From positions 36,332,001 through 36,396,000 of the forward strand of contig NC_045138.2 in assembly GCF_008831285.2 (NCBI RefSeq): a stretch of DNA of 64,000 bases. The letters run 5' to 3'. Position 1 is the first letter of the stretch. Each line of letters begins with the position of its first letter. The notes under the pieces are model-generated. The model saw only the letters and a list, made by a program, of their open reading frames with translations, did not search any database and was not told the origin of the DNA. Shown piece by piece: positions 1-12,320 of the stretch. The translations under genes were made by a program, and so were the position numbers. The DNA is from Nymphaea colorata (Eukaryota).

Positions 1-3000
1 CATCAGCACTTGCAAAGGATGTTGTTGTTGTGAAAAGCCTACCTAATGACATGAAGGATGCAATGAAAAAAATGAAATACCCCACAATTTCACCACCACG
101 ATCGGCTCGTCCAAATTTTTACAGGAATGAGGTTTTGCCAAAATTGAAGGAAATGAAAGTTGTCAAGCTTGTGATATACGATGGAGGATGCCTTCAGGTA
201 AAAAAGCATCTTTGCTGGGCCTTTAACTTCTCCTGATAAAGCCTCTCGGTAGTAGGTGAATTAGATGGAAGTACAGGTCAAAGCCTTGAGGGGAAAGATT
301 TCTTATTCAGAATCTGCAAGGATGATTGACCTTGAAAATAAGTATATTGTCCTCTTAAAAGATCAAATGCGTCTGTGCTTGGTCTTTGTCAGGAGCCATG
401 CATGGAAAGTTGGAAATGTTCTACTAGAGTTCTCTCTCAAAGTTTTATGTTTGATAGCTAAGTAACTCAGACTCTTCAAAACAGGTGTGGCAATCAATTT
501 GATTTCTTTTTTATTGAATGACTGATAGAATTAAAGCTTTTTAATTTTTAATTTTTTTGTTGTTTGTGGCCAATTTTTATATATACACACACACAGACAT
601 GCACGCACAAAATATGTCAGATTCATGAAATTTGAAAAGTTAATTTGGATATAGTATAATCTACCTGAGCTTTTCAACGTCTAGTGTATTGATGGAGGTG
701 TGTGAAATAGTGATTATCCATCTTATTAATGACGGCATTCATTCACATAAATTGAACTCATTTTATGCCGATGTTTTCCTAAGAATCAGTTCAAGTTGTT
801 CATGTTTTTAAAGATTTTCTTCTAAAGGATAAAAAACCCATTATTTATTAATCTTTTAGTAATACCGATATGAATGCTATCAACCCATTTGGTTGATGCC
901 TTAAATTCTACCGCAGTATTGATGGGTATGAAACTATGAATTCCATCTCATCTAGGTATAGGGTAAATATGATGCACGTTACTGATACGAGTTTATGCGA
1001 GCTGGAACTAGGAAGATTACTGATCTTCTGCAGGTTTTGGTTGCAAATTTTAGCTGCATCATTGTCCTGTGATAGACTTCTGTGATGAAATTTAAAATGG
1101 TCAATCTCTGGTGCATGGGCCATGTAGTCGCATGGTCTGATGAGCCATTATTTTGGTATATTGACTGGTCATGGCTTATTATTTTTTGCAGTCCATTCTT
1201 CCAGAAAGAATGGCAGAGTATCAAAGGCTTAGATGCCGAGTGGCATTCCATGCACTTCGTTTCCGTTCTGAGATTGAAGACCTTGGACGTCGGTTGGTGC
1301 AGAGGTAATAATCTAAAAATGTACATATATTAGTATTGGGATTTGTGAAGTCTTTTCTGTTAATCAAGCTGATAAAGATTGTGGTTATGTGAATGAAGGG
1401 CTAGTGTATGTGATTTATGGTTCGACAAAGAATTGGTTATGTACCTTTATTATTCTATTTGTTGCTTACCTGTTAAACTACATTTTCTTTTCAGGTTACG
1501 AGCTTCAGGGCAACCTTATCTGGCTTACCATAGTGGTCTAATTAGGGAAACACTAGCATACCATGGCTGTGCTGAACTTTTTCAGGTTAATTAGCATTTT
1601 TTTTTGTTTTTCACACACAAACATCTCTCTCTCTCTCTCTCTCTCTTTCTCTTTTGTCATAATGAAACTTCGATGGCATAAGCATTAGTGAAAGAATTGC
1701 TCCATGTTGTATATCTATTTTCATGTATGGATATGGTGAGTGGTCCATGAGGAAGCGTGGGTCTTGAAGAGAGGGTTAGGAGTCCATTGTCACAGAAAAT
1801 GCATCTTATTTGAAAAAGGCGCGTATAATACGCCAAAACACAGTCAGCCGTATAAAACATGAAAAAATGCCAAAATTTAAAAACGTGAAAAAAGCGTGTA
1901 TTATACGCGTTTTTTTCGTATTTTTTATGATTTTTTATTTTTTTTTATAATGTTCAGGATTTATTTAATGTTTTAAATTTTTTAAAAATTTGCCGAGATT
2001 TTCCGGAGATATTCCCGAGATATATAACTTTGCCGTATTATACTCAAGAAATTTCTCGCCGTATAATACCTGTACATGTTTTTTGTGATGATGGTTAGGA
2101 CTTAGACTGATGGTGTACTGTGGTAGTGTGATGTTGGTGTAGAAACTTTAGTATATATCATATAATTTTTTGAATTGGTATTATGTAAGTGCTAATATGT
2201 GCCTTTAGTATGGTTAGATTAACTGAGCCCTGCTTTACATGTCATTCTGCAAAACTGGGTTGTGATGTTTAGTTGACGTTTTTATTTATATGGCTTTTAT
2301 AATTTAAGATGTCCATACTGAACTCATACAGTATTCAACTGCTCAGATGATTAAATGTTAAGATCGTTTATGTGCATTCATCCCAGTAGGTTAGCTTGGT
2401 TCCGCATTACATGTCACTCTGTGACACGAGGTTATGATACTTAGTTGATGTTTTTCTTTGCCTGGTTTTGTTAATTTAGGATGTTCATACTGAGCTCATA
2501 CAGTACCGAAGGGCTCAGATGATTAAACAGAAGATCGTTTTTGGGGAACGAACTATTGATTCACAAGTACCACGGAAAAATGGCTCTTGTCCCCTCATGC
2601 CAGAGGAGGTGAGTTCTATTAGACATTTGTTTTGCACGGGCTTCATTTGCAGCTTATTCTTTTCTGTTTGAGAGTTAGCACACAAAGAAGCTATTTACTC
2701 CACCAAGTTTTGTATGTAGCTACTTGAAATTCTTTGTACACTCTTGTTTACCAGATGAAACCTAAGTCAGTTGGAAAAACCAAGATTTCTACTAATTTTT
2801 TTAAAGATGTGATTGAACATATTCATGTTCTGGTTCTGAACCGTGTAACACAGGTGCAGGGTGTTTGCGGGTGTGAGTGCTGCATTCACCCCACCCCCCC
2901 CAAAAAAAAAAAAAGAAAAAAGAAAACATGGTTGTGGGTGGAGGGGGTGTATATATAGAATAAGTGAGCCACTACACAGGGCAACTTTTTTTTTTTTTTT

Positions 3001-5894
3001 TTTTTGCTCAGGAGGTGGTTGCTACCCCCGGATGCCACCGGGGACTGCCCCACGAAGCATCACCTAATGGCTAATACTTTATTTTTGCAACCCTTCATAA
3101 AACACACCACCTGTAACCATGCCTCTAGTCACTTAGCCAGAATCAAATTGTAGGAAAAGAACTTCTCCAAAGCACTCCTTTGATAAGAAGGGATCTGTTC
3201 CATCGAGTTTAGAATTTTTTTTGAAATTTTCAAAATAACATGCTTTATACTGCGTCTTTGATAGCTGTATAAAATGTTCTGCCTTCACTTGATTTTGGTC
3301 ATGAGATCTTATTGCTGGTACTTTTTGTGTCATGGTGATGATGGATTTGCATATTACCATCTTGCTGTAATATTGCCTTCTCGAGGTGGACCTTTCTTCA
3401 TTCTATTTTTTGTCCTTTTCAATGTTGAACATTTCCTGAATTTTCTTCCTAATGTTGGTTGCTTTGGTTGCTTTCTCAAAGGTCTGCTATTTTCAGGTGA
3501 ATAGAAAAATAATTGCTGATGGTGAATTTCCTTGTTTATGGAAATATTAACCTGAAAGTTCTTGTGAAGAAGGCACAGCCAGAACTTCCAAAATAATTGT
3601 TACTCATTATGTTGAGCATGTGCCTGATTGTTGACTACCAAGTTTAGAGATCACCTTGTTGACAAGGTTTTAACCCTAATATACTTAGAAAGGAACACAC
3701 TAAGACACGGTCAACTGTGCTTCTCATTGAAAAATACTGCCATCTTATGTACTATTTGAGAAATTGTATGTATCTCAACATTGAATAAGTCTTGCCTTCC
3801 AAGACAAGGTGAAAATTTTTTCGTTCTCTCCTGTTTTCTCTTTGTTCCACATGCAGTAAAACTGTATGGCATCTTTGGTCATTTTCAATTCTTCTAGAAT
3901 TGCATTTTGATCATGCCATGAGCATAATTTTTCATGTTATAACGATTATGTTGCTCCCATCGGCAGGTTGGTATTCTTCTGCGAGCAATAGGATATCCCT
4001 CTGACACAATAATATATCTAGCTGGTGCAGAGGTATTTGGTGGTCAACGGGTGCTCATTCCATTTCGGACAATGTTCAACAACCTTGTTGATCGGTCTAC
4101 TCTTTTGAGCAAGAAGGAACTGTTGGGCCTATTTGGTCCTGAAACAACTCTTCCATTAGATTTGCCACCACCAGTGCCTGAGGTCAGTAAAGAAAAACAA
4201 CTACAGGAATGGAATAAAGCAGGACCTCGGCCCAGGCCTTTGCCTCCTCCTCCAGCAAGAAGAATATATGCACATGAGATGGAAGGATGGTATGGCTGGA
4301 TTACCAGGAGACCAACAGAACCAGAACCGTCCCCAATAGATCTAAGAAAACAAGCACATCGGTTACTTTTGAATGCCCTTGATTATATAGTTTCTGTTGA
4401 AGCAGATGCCTTTTTTCCTGGATTTGATAATGATGGAAGCAACTGGCCTGACTTCGCAAGTCTGGTCATGGGCCATCGGCTGTATGAACTGGCAGCAGCT
4501 AAAACATATCGGCCGGACAGGTAACCGACCATCCTCCCTCAGTTTATTAGAATATCAATGAAATCATAACTGCTAGACATGTGATTGATGGTAACTATCA
4601 CCCTCACGTTCTTGATTAGGCAAATAATGCTATTCAGTTTTTCCTAAAAGACCATCTTCAATTTCCGTAAATATAATCTTGTTTGATATGGGTTTTGGTG
4701 CTTGTGATGGAGTGGGGACCTGGGAGTTGGATAAAATTAATAAAACGCTTTTTTTTCGAGAAAAATGTGAAAAAAATGCGATAAATTAAATGGCCATTTA
4801 AAAAAAAAAAGAACGCATTTTTTGAAAAAATGTTAAAAACGAAAAAAACCATTTTTAATGCGTTTTTTTCACTTTTTTCAGTTTTTTTAATGCCAAACAG
4901 GTTTCTTTTCATTTTCTATTTTTTATTTGTTGCAAATCTACTTATCTTTTGATGTTTGTGTTATTAGTTTCTCACTTATTTTATTTTTCTCTAATTTTTA
5001 GTTTTTTTTTTAATTTTTAAAAATTTACCATATTTTTTCATTTTTTTCAAACTCGCCATATTATACCCGAGAAAAACCTTGCCGATTAAAACTCTGAGAC
5101 GCTATTTGTGACTATGGAAGACACCCTTTATTTTAAGTTAGTCTCTTTTAAGACACAAACTATAGTCAGGTTCTGAAAGATTGCCTATCGCAAGGCCTAG
5201 TATAGGCTAGACCTACAGCAGGGTTGTGCTCTGAGCAGCCCCTTTTTTCCTTCTTCATTTTCTCGGAGACTTCCAAGTTTATTAGTAAGGTCATGGGAAA
5301 CTGAGGAAGTAGATCTGACTATTTTCCTCAAACTGTATGCAGTCCTTTTTCACAAGTTGGCTTAAAATTGCCTTTATGTTTTTGGTTCTTAGAGTTCAAA
5401 ACTGAGGAGCTGTTGCCTGTCTTTTCATGCACAAACTCACGTACAGGAAGGTGATGGGCAATCTAATTGACAGCATAAGGGAGCGCCTGTACACTCCTAA
5501 GTGGAACTGGACTCTTACTGTTCGAGAGCTTCTCAACCAGAGTGTAGGGGCAGATGGATTGATGCGGGAATCCTTAAGGGCAAAGCCAAGAAATTTTCTA
5601 GCATACCCCCTACCAGAGTGCTTGTGCAGTGCTGCTAAGTTAAGTGGAGACTCAAATCAAACTAGAGCTGCAGTTGACCAACTGTTACATGGCCAAGTGG
5701 ATGAATGCCCTTCAAGGATGCTGCATGATCTGTTGACTGTTCGAGGTGCATATGGTGGCATGGAGGAAGCAGCGGATGAGAGAGAAACTTCAACTAATGA
5801 TGAACTCGATGACCAACATGAACCTGAGGAAGACATCAAACCCGAAGTTGCTCGAATTTGGGAGCAGGATGAAGAGATGGATCCTGACGATTGA
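1..5894 (+). CDS. EDA30: O-fucosyltransferase-family protein, EMBRYO SAC DEVELOPMENT ARREST 30-like; 5' end lies outside the window
   Basis: GT-AG exons <1-197, 1192-1304, 1495-1585, 2480-2608, 3967-4520, 5447-5894 join in frame. Motifs YQRLRCRVAFHALRFR, GSCPLMPEEVGILLRAIGYP, ALDYIVSVEADAFFPGF, YPLPECLC and the C-terminus WEQDEEMDPDD. Symbol assigned from recalled similarity. Confidence 0.85.
1784..2094. mobile_element. hAT-like MITE in an EDA30-like intron
   Basis: Imperfect TIRs CCATTGTCACAGAAAA / TTTTTTGTGATGATGG, flanked by a near-perfect 8-bp TSD (ttaggagt 1776-1783, ttaggact 2095-2102); AT-rich non-coding interior. Confidence 0.7.
2205..2545 (+). repeat. Diverged ~172-bp tandem duplication spanning an intron 3' end and exon start (pseudo-exon 2308-2369)
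   Basis: gatgtccatactgaactcatacagtat...gctcagatgattaaa at 2308 matches gatgttcatactgagctcatacagtac...gctcagatgattaaa at 2480; the upstream intron sequence is also similar. Confidence 0.85.
4730..5117. mobile_element. Probably truncated MITE related to the 1784-2094 element
   Basis: Shares the right end (gccatattatacccgagaaaaaccttgccg...tttgtgactatgg) and A/T-block interior; no left TIR or TSD found. Confidence 0.5.
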
Positions 5895-6665
5895 AGTTCT
5901 GCACCATGTTTTTCATACACGGATGACAGGCAGAGCTAAACCCAATTCAATACCATTGAATTCCTTGAGGTCATGATTTGGAATGAGGATGATTCAAATC
6001 TGTTGACCAGGAATGAGATTGTTTTGTCGATTGAACGGCTGAGCTTATGGCATCAATCTGGTCAGTCTTGCAAATATCTGAAGTTACTAATAATTTGTTG
6101 CCAGTATCATGGAAGCATCTATGTGGCCGAAGGCTTTCTTTTTAGAAGCTTATAGTTACACGTGTACATCTCATTCGTCGGAGCTGAAACACTCTTTAAT
6201 AGTCTTTACACATGCATGGGCTTGATGTGAAATAACCCAGAAGATATTTCAGTACTATTCAGTTTTGCCCCAATTCATTCATTGATTCCACTTGTATAAT
6301 TGGCTTCTTTTTCAGTAATATTGTTGGGTTACAGCAAGGTTTCTTCGAAGAGATTAGCTTCATTGATCGGCTGTGGATTATTTCATTCAATTCATCAAAT
6401 TCTTGAGGATAGCTACGGCGACTGTGGAGAGAGCCTAGCTTGGGGATCCATGTATATGGTTTTTCCATGTGTTGTGCATCATGAATCTGTCTTTGTGACA
6501 GACAAAAAGTACTTGATTTTGGTAGAATAAATGTGCTTTCCTTTTTCCTGCTTGTTGCCATTTAAAACATTTTCTTATGCCGGTATGTAGGCTGTAGCTG
6601 TTGAAAAGTCTCGTTGGTTGTGAATTGAATATCAATTGGATTGGCACTTTCTTTCGTCTGAGGAG

Positions 6666-6860
6666 AACCAGCTTTTGATTGTGTTCGAATTTCTTAACAA
6701 GATGTAACCAGCTTTTGATTGTGTTCGAATTTCTTAACAAGATGTAATTAATACACGCAAATGCGCGCACACATGCACGAAAAAGCACACACAAACGCAT
6801 GCACGAAAAAGCACACACAAACGCACGCACTATGCACGAAGAAACACACAGAAGCACGTA
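6666..6860. repeat. Perfect 40-bp tandem duplication (6666-6745) followed by a ~26-bp minisatellite (~6770-6860)
   Basis: aaccagcttttgattgtgttcgaatttcttaacaagatgt x2; then atgcacgaaaaagcacacacaaacgc-like units x3. Confidence 0.9.
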
Positions 6861-7850
6861 TACACTCTTTCAGGACTTCCTGTAATCTTATATATTCCAA
6901 ATCGGCCTATTCACATGGCATGGGGCTAATAAACCTGGGCATGTACTGCAGACTGCTACAGCTGATCTAAAAACCCTCTTGTTGCGTCCTGCATAGCTAT
7001 TCCCATGCATTGTCGGATTTTGATATATTTCCGCTGAAACCAGTCCTGATTTGGCCATTACGGGACACGGTCGGCCGGAAAGAGAGCGGGAAATGAATAT
7101 TAAGATGATGGGTCCAAGGATCGGATCTTGGTCACTATCTGTATCAGTCACAGCATGATATGCAATAGAGATAGACATTGGTAGCTCAGTCTAGGTTACT
7201 CGTGTTTTTGTCTTTTCAGTGATTGAATCAACGTTTATCATAGAGTTGCTCCAAGGAGTTTGATGTAGTTGGTTGGGGCTAGTGGTGCAAATTTTCTCTG
7301 ATCAAGCAATCACGTCTCTCGCTGCGGGTGCGAATATTCTCGAATCGCAAAAAGAACACGTCATGGACATATTGCACATGCCAACAGTCATGTTGGTCAA
7401 GATTCAAACTAGAATGTAAGATGATGGTATCTTAAATTCAAGACATCGAGGTTGACAAAGAGAGCGTTAGCTAAGATGATAGCATAAATAATTTAACCAG
7501 GCTACCTGCTAAGATGAAGAAAAAGGCCGTCGTGAGCAACCGAGCGTCCATGCTTGCTGACTGCTTGGCTTTGGACATGCCTCTCGTTGTTCATCTCAAG
7601 TTCGATAGGTTTCACTTTTAAGCATTTTCATCTGGATCCCAGTTCGGTTCAGAACGCTGTTAGTCTAAAATAAGTTTGGATCACACATTTTTGCTTAAAC
7701 TTGAACCCAATCCGACACGTTTACGTCCTCAAGAGGATCCGATCACAATCTCTCCCGTTTACCTCCCCCCAGATTGGACCAGGTTCGTGTTCTGGAGAGT
7801 CCAGTCTGTCCAGATCCATACACAGGAGGAACAAAGTGACGCCCGCGACC

Positions 7851-7885
<35 letters not shown>

Positions 7886-7909
7886 CCTATTTTTTCTGAT
7901 CGGACGGCA

Positions 7910-10288
7910 ATGAAGAGAGGGGTGCAGAGATGGGCGGTGAACATCGCCCGGTGGGATCCATCGGAAGCTCAGCTCCTGTTCTGCATCTTCCTTCTTCCTC
8001 CCCACGAGCGTCCTCCCATCACCAAGTAAACATCGTCCACAAGAATCCCCTCCTTCCTTACCTTCATCCAATTCCATGTCATCCCTGCAACAGTCTCTCC
8101 TATAACATTTGGGTTCTTTGTCTTTCTCTGGAATTTGGCAGGTTTCTGAATGTCGAAGACAAGAAAAGGGCAGTTGTGAGTCGAATGCTTCAATACATGC
8201 TAGTACATGAAGTGCTAGGAATTCCATTCAAGGAAATAACCATCGGCAGGACGATTGAAGGCAAACCATATTTGGTATTGGATTATTTGTCTTAGATGGA
8301 ACTCATGGTTGATATTTTCATATTTGTTGTGCCAAATAAGGCTTTATGATAAGCTAGAGGTTTGAGATAATTGCTCCCATGATGTTTAAGTTCTTCACAT
8401 AAAAAGTAGTGAACGTTTTTGTTCTTATGTTTATTGGTCGGATGCCTATGTATTTTCCGTATGCATTATATTAGGCTGGCGGTTTGATCCTTTCTAGATG
8501 GTTTAGCAGAAATCCAGAAATTGGATATTTTAGTCAATTTTGAATGTGTCAATCGGGTGGATGTTATGTCGAAGCGTTCTGGCAGGGAGCCTTTTGAATT
8601 TTTTTGGGGAAAAGAAGCAATTGAAAAAAGAACAATCAACTTGTACTCTTCAAATTCCGACTTAATGTTTTCGGGACAAATTGATGACCATAAGACTTAA
8701 ATTCGAGATAACAAGCCTTTTCTAATGTTGTACGCATGTGCCTGCAATTTGTGACATATAAACATGCTGAAGTGTGCTTTCTCGCACACGTACGCACATG
8801 GGCCTCTCGCAGTTGTTAGCGTGCATCAAACTTCTTAATGGATTTCTGGACAGTAGTTATAGAGTCGGGTGAATTAGCAAGTATACCAAGAACTTCGTGT
8901 CTCAGATTGCCAGTTGAAGGTGCATATTTGATTCTATCCGTGTATAGAAGCTCCATTTATAGTGTTTGCAAATTCTGAATTTATAGGTCATTGTGCATCA
9001 GGAACAATAATCTTTCTACATCCTTCTAACAAATTGGTCCATTTCTTGCTAAGTAGCATACGAACATGCACGCTTTTTTACTTTGTTGCAGGAAAACAGT
9101 GGAGTGAAATTTGATTTTCCAAATTTTAACTTCAACACCTCTCATCATGGTGATTATGCTGTCATTGCTTCTGAACCACAGTGCCTTGTGGGTGTGGATG
9201 TAGTCTCCCTGGAAGTTCCTAAGAAGGAAAATGCCGTAGAATTTATCAAGCATTTCTCATCGTACTTTGCAACTTCAGAATGGAACAATATCATCAGTTC
9301 TGGCACTTCGATTGATATCTTGGTCGAGTTTCATAGGTACTGGCTTAAGAATAACACAATGGATGTCCATTTCCTGCATATGCTTTTCATCGAATTTTTT
9401 GTGCACACTAGTGGAAGCTAGTTGTATACGTGATTTATTCTTTCTTATCTTGATCATTTGAACAGAAATTTTGTGATGTGAATGTTTGATCAAACCACAG
9501 GACGTATTACGTATGCCTACTTGAACACTTGAATATATGTTTGTATCTTTTTTTCTTTTTCTTTTTCTGTTTTTTCATGCTTGCATTTTCACAACATTAT
9601 CTTCGGTAGTCTTTCTTGTTGACTAAGAAAAAAGTTCTGTCCTGCTCCAGTATAAATCATGTTTTGTGTTGAGCAAAATCGAAGTAAGCAATTTGCTCGT
9701 CAGAAAAAAAAAGGCACAGTAAAGAATCTAGTTTGTTCTTGTTGAGCATGTGTTTGTGAACCATTAAATCGTGTTTTTTTAGGTATTGGTGTTTGAAGGA
9801 AGCATTCACAAAAGCCATAGGTGTGGGACTGGGATATAGCATTGGCAGATTGGAATTTCATCATACCAACTGGAATGATATACGTGTCCAAGTAGATGGG
9901 GAAGATTCAGATGATTGCCGCTTCTGGCTATCAGAGCTGGGGAAGCAAAATTGGGTCGGTCAACTACATTTGCAATATTTGCTGAAAAAGGTTTCTTTTC
10001 CTTGGAGAATGTGAAGAAATTTTCTGTTTTAGTTTGCTCAATTTTCTGAGAATTCGAATGCTTGGGTGTGTGCAGGTTTGTGTTGCAAGATGTCATCCAA
10101 AGAGAGCAGTACAAAGTTACAAAAGGACTTTGTGGCGAGTAGACTTTGATGAAGAAGAGCATAACCGTGCCCTTCTGCTTCCAAACAGAGAGTTTTTGTT
10201 GCTTCAAGTGGAGGATCTCATTCCCAAACATGAAAAAGAAGCGTATGAATCATTGAGAAAAAAATGTTCTGCGGCTTATGTCAGGTAG
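7910..10288 (+). CDS. 4'-phosphopantetheinyl transferase, Sfp/AASDHPPT (Lys5-like) type
   Basis: Exons 7910-8025, 8142-8274, 9092-9336, 9783-9954, 10076-10288 are all GT-AG and in frame. Motifs GKPYL, FNFNTSHHGDY, VGVDVV, FHRYWCLKEAFTKAIGVGL. Confidence 0.92.
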
Positions 10289-10482
10289 GAATCCTGTGCA
10301 TGAGAGAGAGGGAGAGGGTATTCTCACCTGCCTCCTCCCTGGAAAGGCATAGTTAAGAAACTCTTAACATAAAAAATGCAGGTCCTTGCTGAAGGTGATT
10401 CGGAAACTCGCAACATTATGATTGGTTGTCATGAATTTCTCATTCTTGATTCTTTCTGGATAAAAATCAGCTTGTCAGGCGA

Positions 10483-11907
10483 ATGAAGGAGATGCTCGGG
10501 GAAATGCCAAAAGGGTTTCGATTAGTGAAGCAGAAGTTCACCCTCAGGCAAATAAAGGAGATCCATGCTTGTCTTCTAGCGACAGGAAAATCTAGCAACA
10601 AGTTTCAGCAAACGAAAATTCTTGCACTCTACGCATCTTCTCCTTTGAACACCATGGCTTTTGCCGAGTTGGTCTTCTGTCAGATGGTAAAGCCAGACAC
10701 CTTTTCAATCAACACGATGATAAAGGGCTACAATCTGCATTTCGACCCACAGAAAGCACTTCAGTTCTACTATCAAATGAGGAGAAGATCAATGGCTTCC
10801 GATAGTTTCACCATTGCATTTGTTCTTGAAGCAGTGACTGCTGCATTATTGATTAGGAATGGAAAAGGAATGCATGGGCAGATGATCAAGTTTGGTTTCG
10901 AAACATCCATTGTTTTAAAAACCAACTTGATCCAAATGTACGCCGATTGTGGTAGCATCGATGATGGCAGCAAAGTGTTTGATGAAATGCCTCGGAAGGA
11001 CTTGATCTCATGGAGCACTATGATGGCTGCTTACGCAAGACTTGGCCGTGTTCGTGAGGCTCTGGCATTGTTGGAGGACATGAAGAGGAAAGAAATCACA
11101 CCTAATGAGTACACAATGGTGCCCTTGTTGAGGGCATGTGCTCAAGCATGCGCCTTGACTCTAGGGGAGCATCTACATGCATACATAGGAAGAAGTCCTC
11201 AAATTAGGAGGGACACCCACTTGGGAAATGTTCTAGTCTACATGTACGCAGCCTGTGGTGCGTTGGACAAAGCAGTTAACGTTTTCAACGAGATTGAACA
11301 AAAGGATGTACTCTCTTGGAGCACCATGATCGGAGGGTTTGCAGTTCACGGCCACGGAGAGGAAGCTTTGAGTCTCTTTGCTCAAATGAAGTTCGCAGGA
11401 GTAAAACCAAACGATGCTACACTGGTAAGTGTACTGCAAGCCTGCAGTCATGCTGGCCTAGTTTCTGAGGGCCGGAAACATTTTGACCTAATGAAGAGTG
11501 AGTATGGCGTAAGTCCAAAGCTTGAGCACTACGGTTGCATGGTAGACATGCTTGGGCGTGCGGGGCTTTTGCCTGAGGCACACGAATTCATCAACAGCAT
11601 GCCAATTCCACCCAATGCCATCATCTGGCGCACTTTGTTAGGTGCATGCAATGCACATGGGGACACGAAACTAGCAGAAATGGTATCAAAAACCCTTCAA
11701 GAGTCAGACTGTGATCATGTAGGGAATCATGTCCTCATGTCCAATATATACTGCAAAGCTGGAAGGTGGTTTGACGCCGAAAGAATAAGAAACATGATCA
11801 ACCCAGTAACAAACAAGAAACTGCCAGGTGAAAGCTCAATAGAAGCAAGCAGCAATGTGAATGCTGAAATTGTAAATCCACCTCTTCATCTTAAAACTGA
11901 AGTGTGA
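10483..11907 (+). CDS. Pentatricopeptide repeat protein, PLS-E subclass (474 aa, intronless)
   Basis: P/L/S repeats (VFDEMPRKDLISWSTMMAAY, DVLSWSTMIGGFAVHG), HYGCMVDMLGRAG, E domain (PNAIIWRTLLGAC...KKLPGESSIE); no DYW domain. Confidence 0.95.
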   Translation: MKEMLGEMPKGFRLVKQKFTLRQIKEIHACLLATGKSSNKFQQTKILALYASSPLNTMAFAELVFCQMVKPDTFSINTMIKGYNLHFDPQKALQFYYQMRRRSMASDSFTIAFVLEAVTAALLIRNGKGMHGQMIKFGFETSIVLKTNLIQMYADCGSIDDGSKVFDEMPRKDLISWSTMMAAYARLGRVREALALLEDMKRKEITPNEYTMVPLLRACAQACALTLGEHLHAYIGRSPQIRRDTHLGNVLVYMYAACGALDKAVNVFNEIEQKDVLSWSTMIGGFAVHGHGEEALSLFAQMKFAGVKPNDATLVSVLQACSHAGLVSEGRKHFDLMKSEYGVSPKLEHYGCMVDMLGRAGLLPEAHEFINSMPIPPNAIIWRTLLGACNAHGDTKLAEMVSKTLQESDCDHVGNHVLMSNIYCKAGRWFDAERIRNMINPVTNKKLPGESSIEASSNVNAEIVNPPLHLKTEV

Positions 11908-12320
11908 TAAAATCTTGTGATTAGGGTCCTTGGGCGTTCTCCCATTTCCTTATTTTAATAAACTCAGTCTTCATTTAGCCATAACATTGTGCAAGAGAAA
12001 AGGCAGATTATGTCGAAAGTAAAAAAAAAAAAAGAAGAAAACTTGAGACTTCTACTAATTCCCCCCACCATTTTATTGAATTTAAAGCAGTGTTCTCATG
12101 CCTACACCCAGTTGAGTTCAAACCCTTCCCCTTTATCTACAATCAGAACCAAACACCAATTCTACAAGCCCAAGTCATGTAGATTCAGTAGCTTTACATA
12201 GATGATATTCTTGGCTATCACCGTGATGTGCAGAGGGGTTTTCCTGCATATGTAGTTTTATAGCACTCAGCATCGACGAACAGTGGGCAGCAGATGCTAT
12301 CAGCATCCAGCTTCCTCATT

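Noticed and set aside
7250..7356. SINE-like head (caagg...tagttgg)
   Set aside because: No convincing B-box or TSD.
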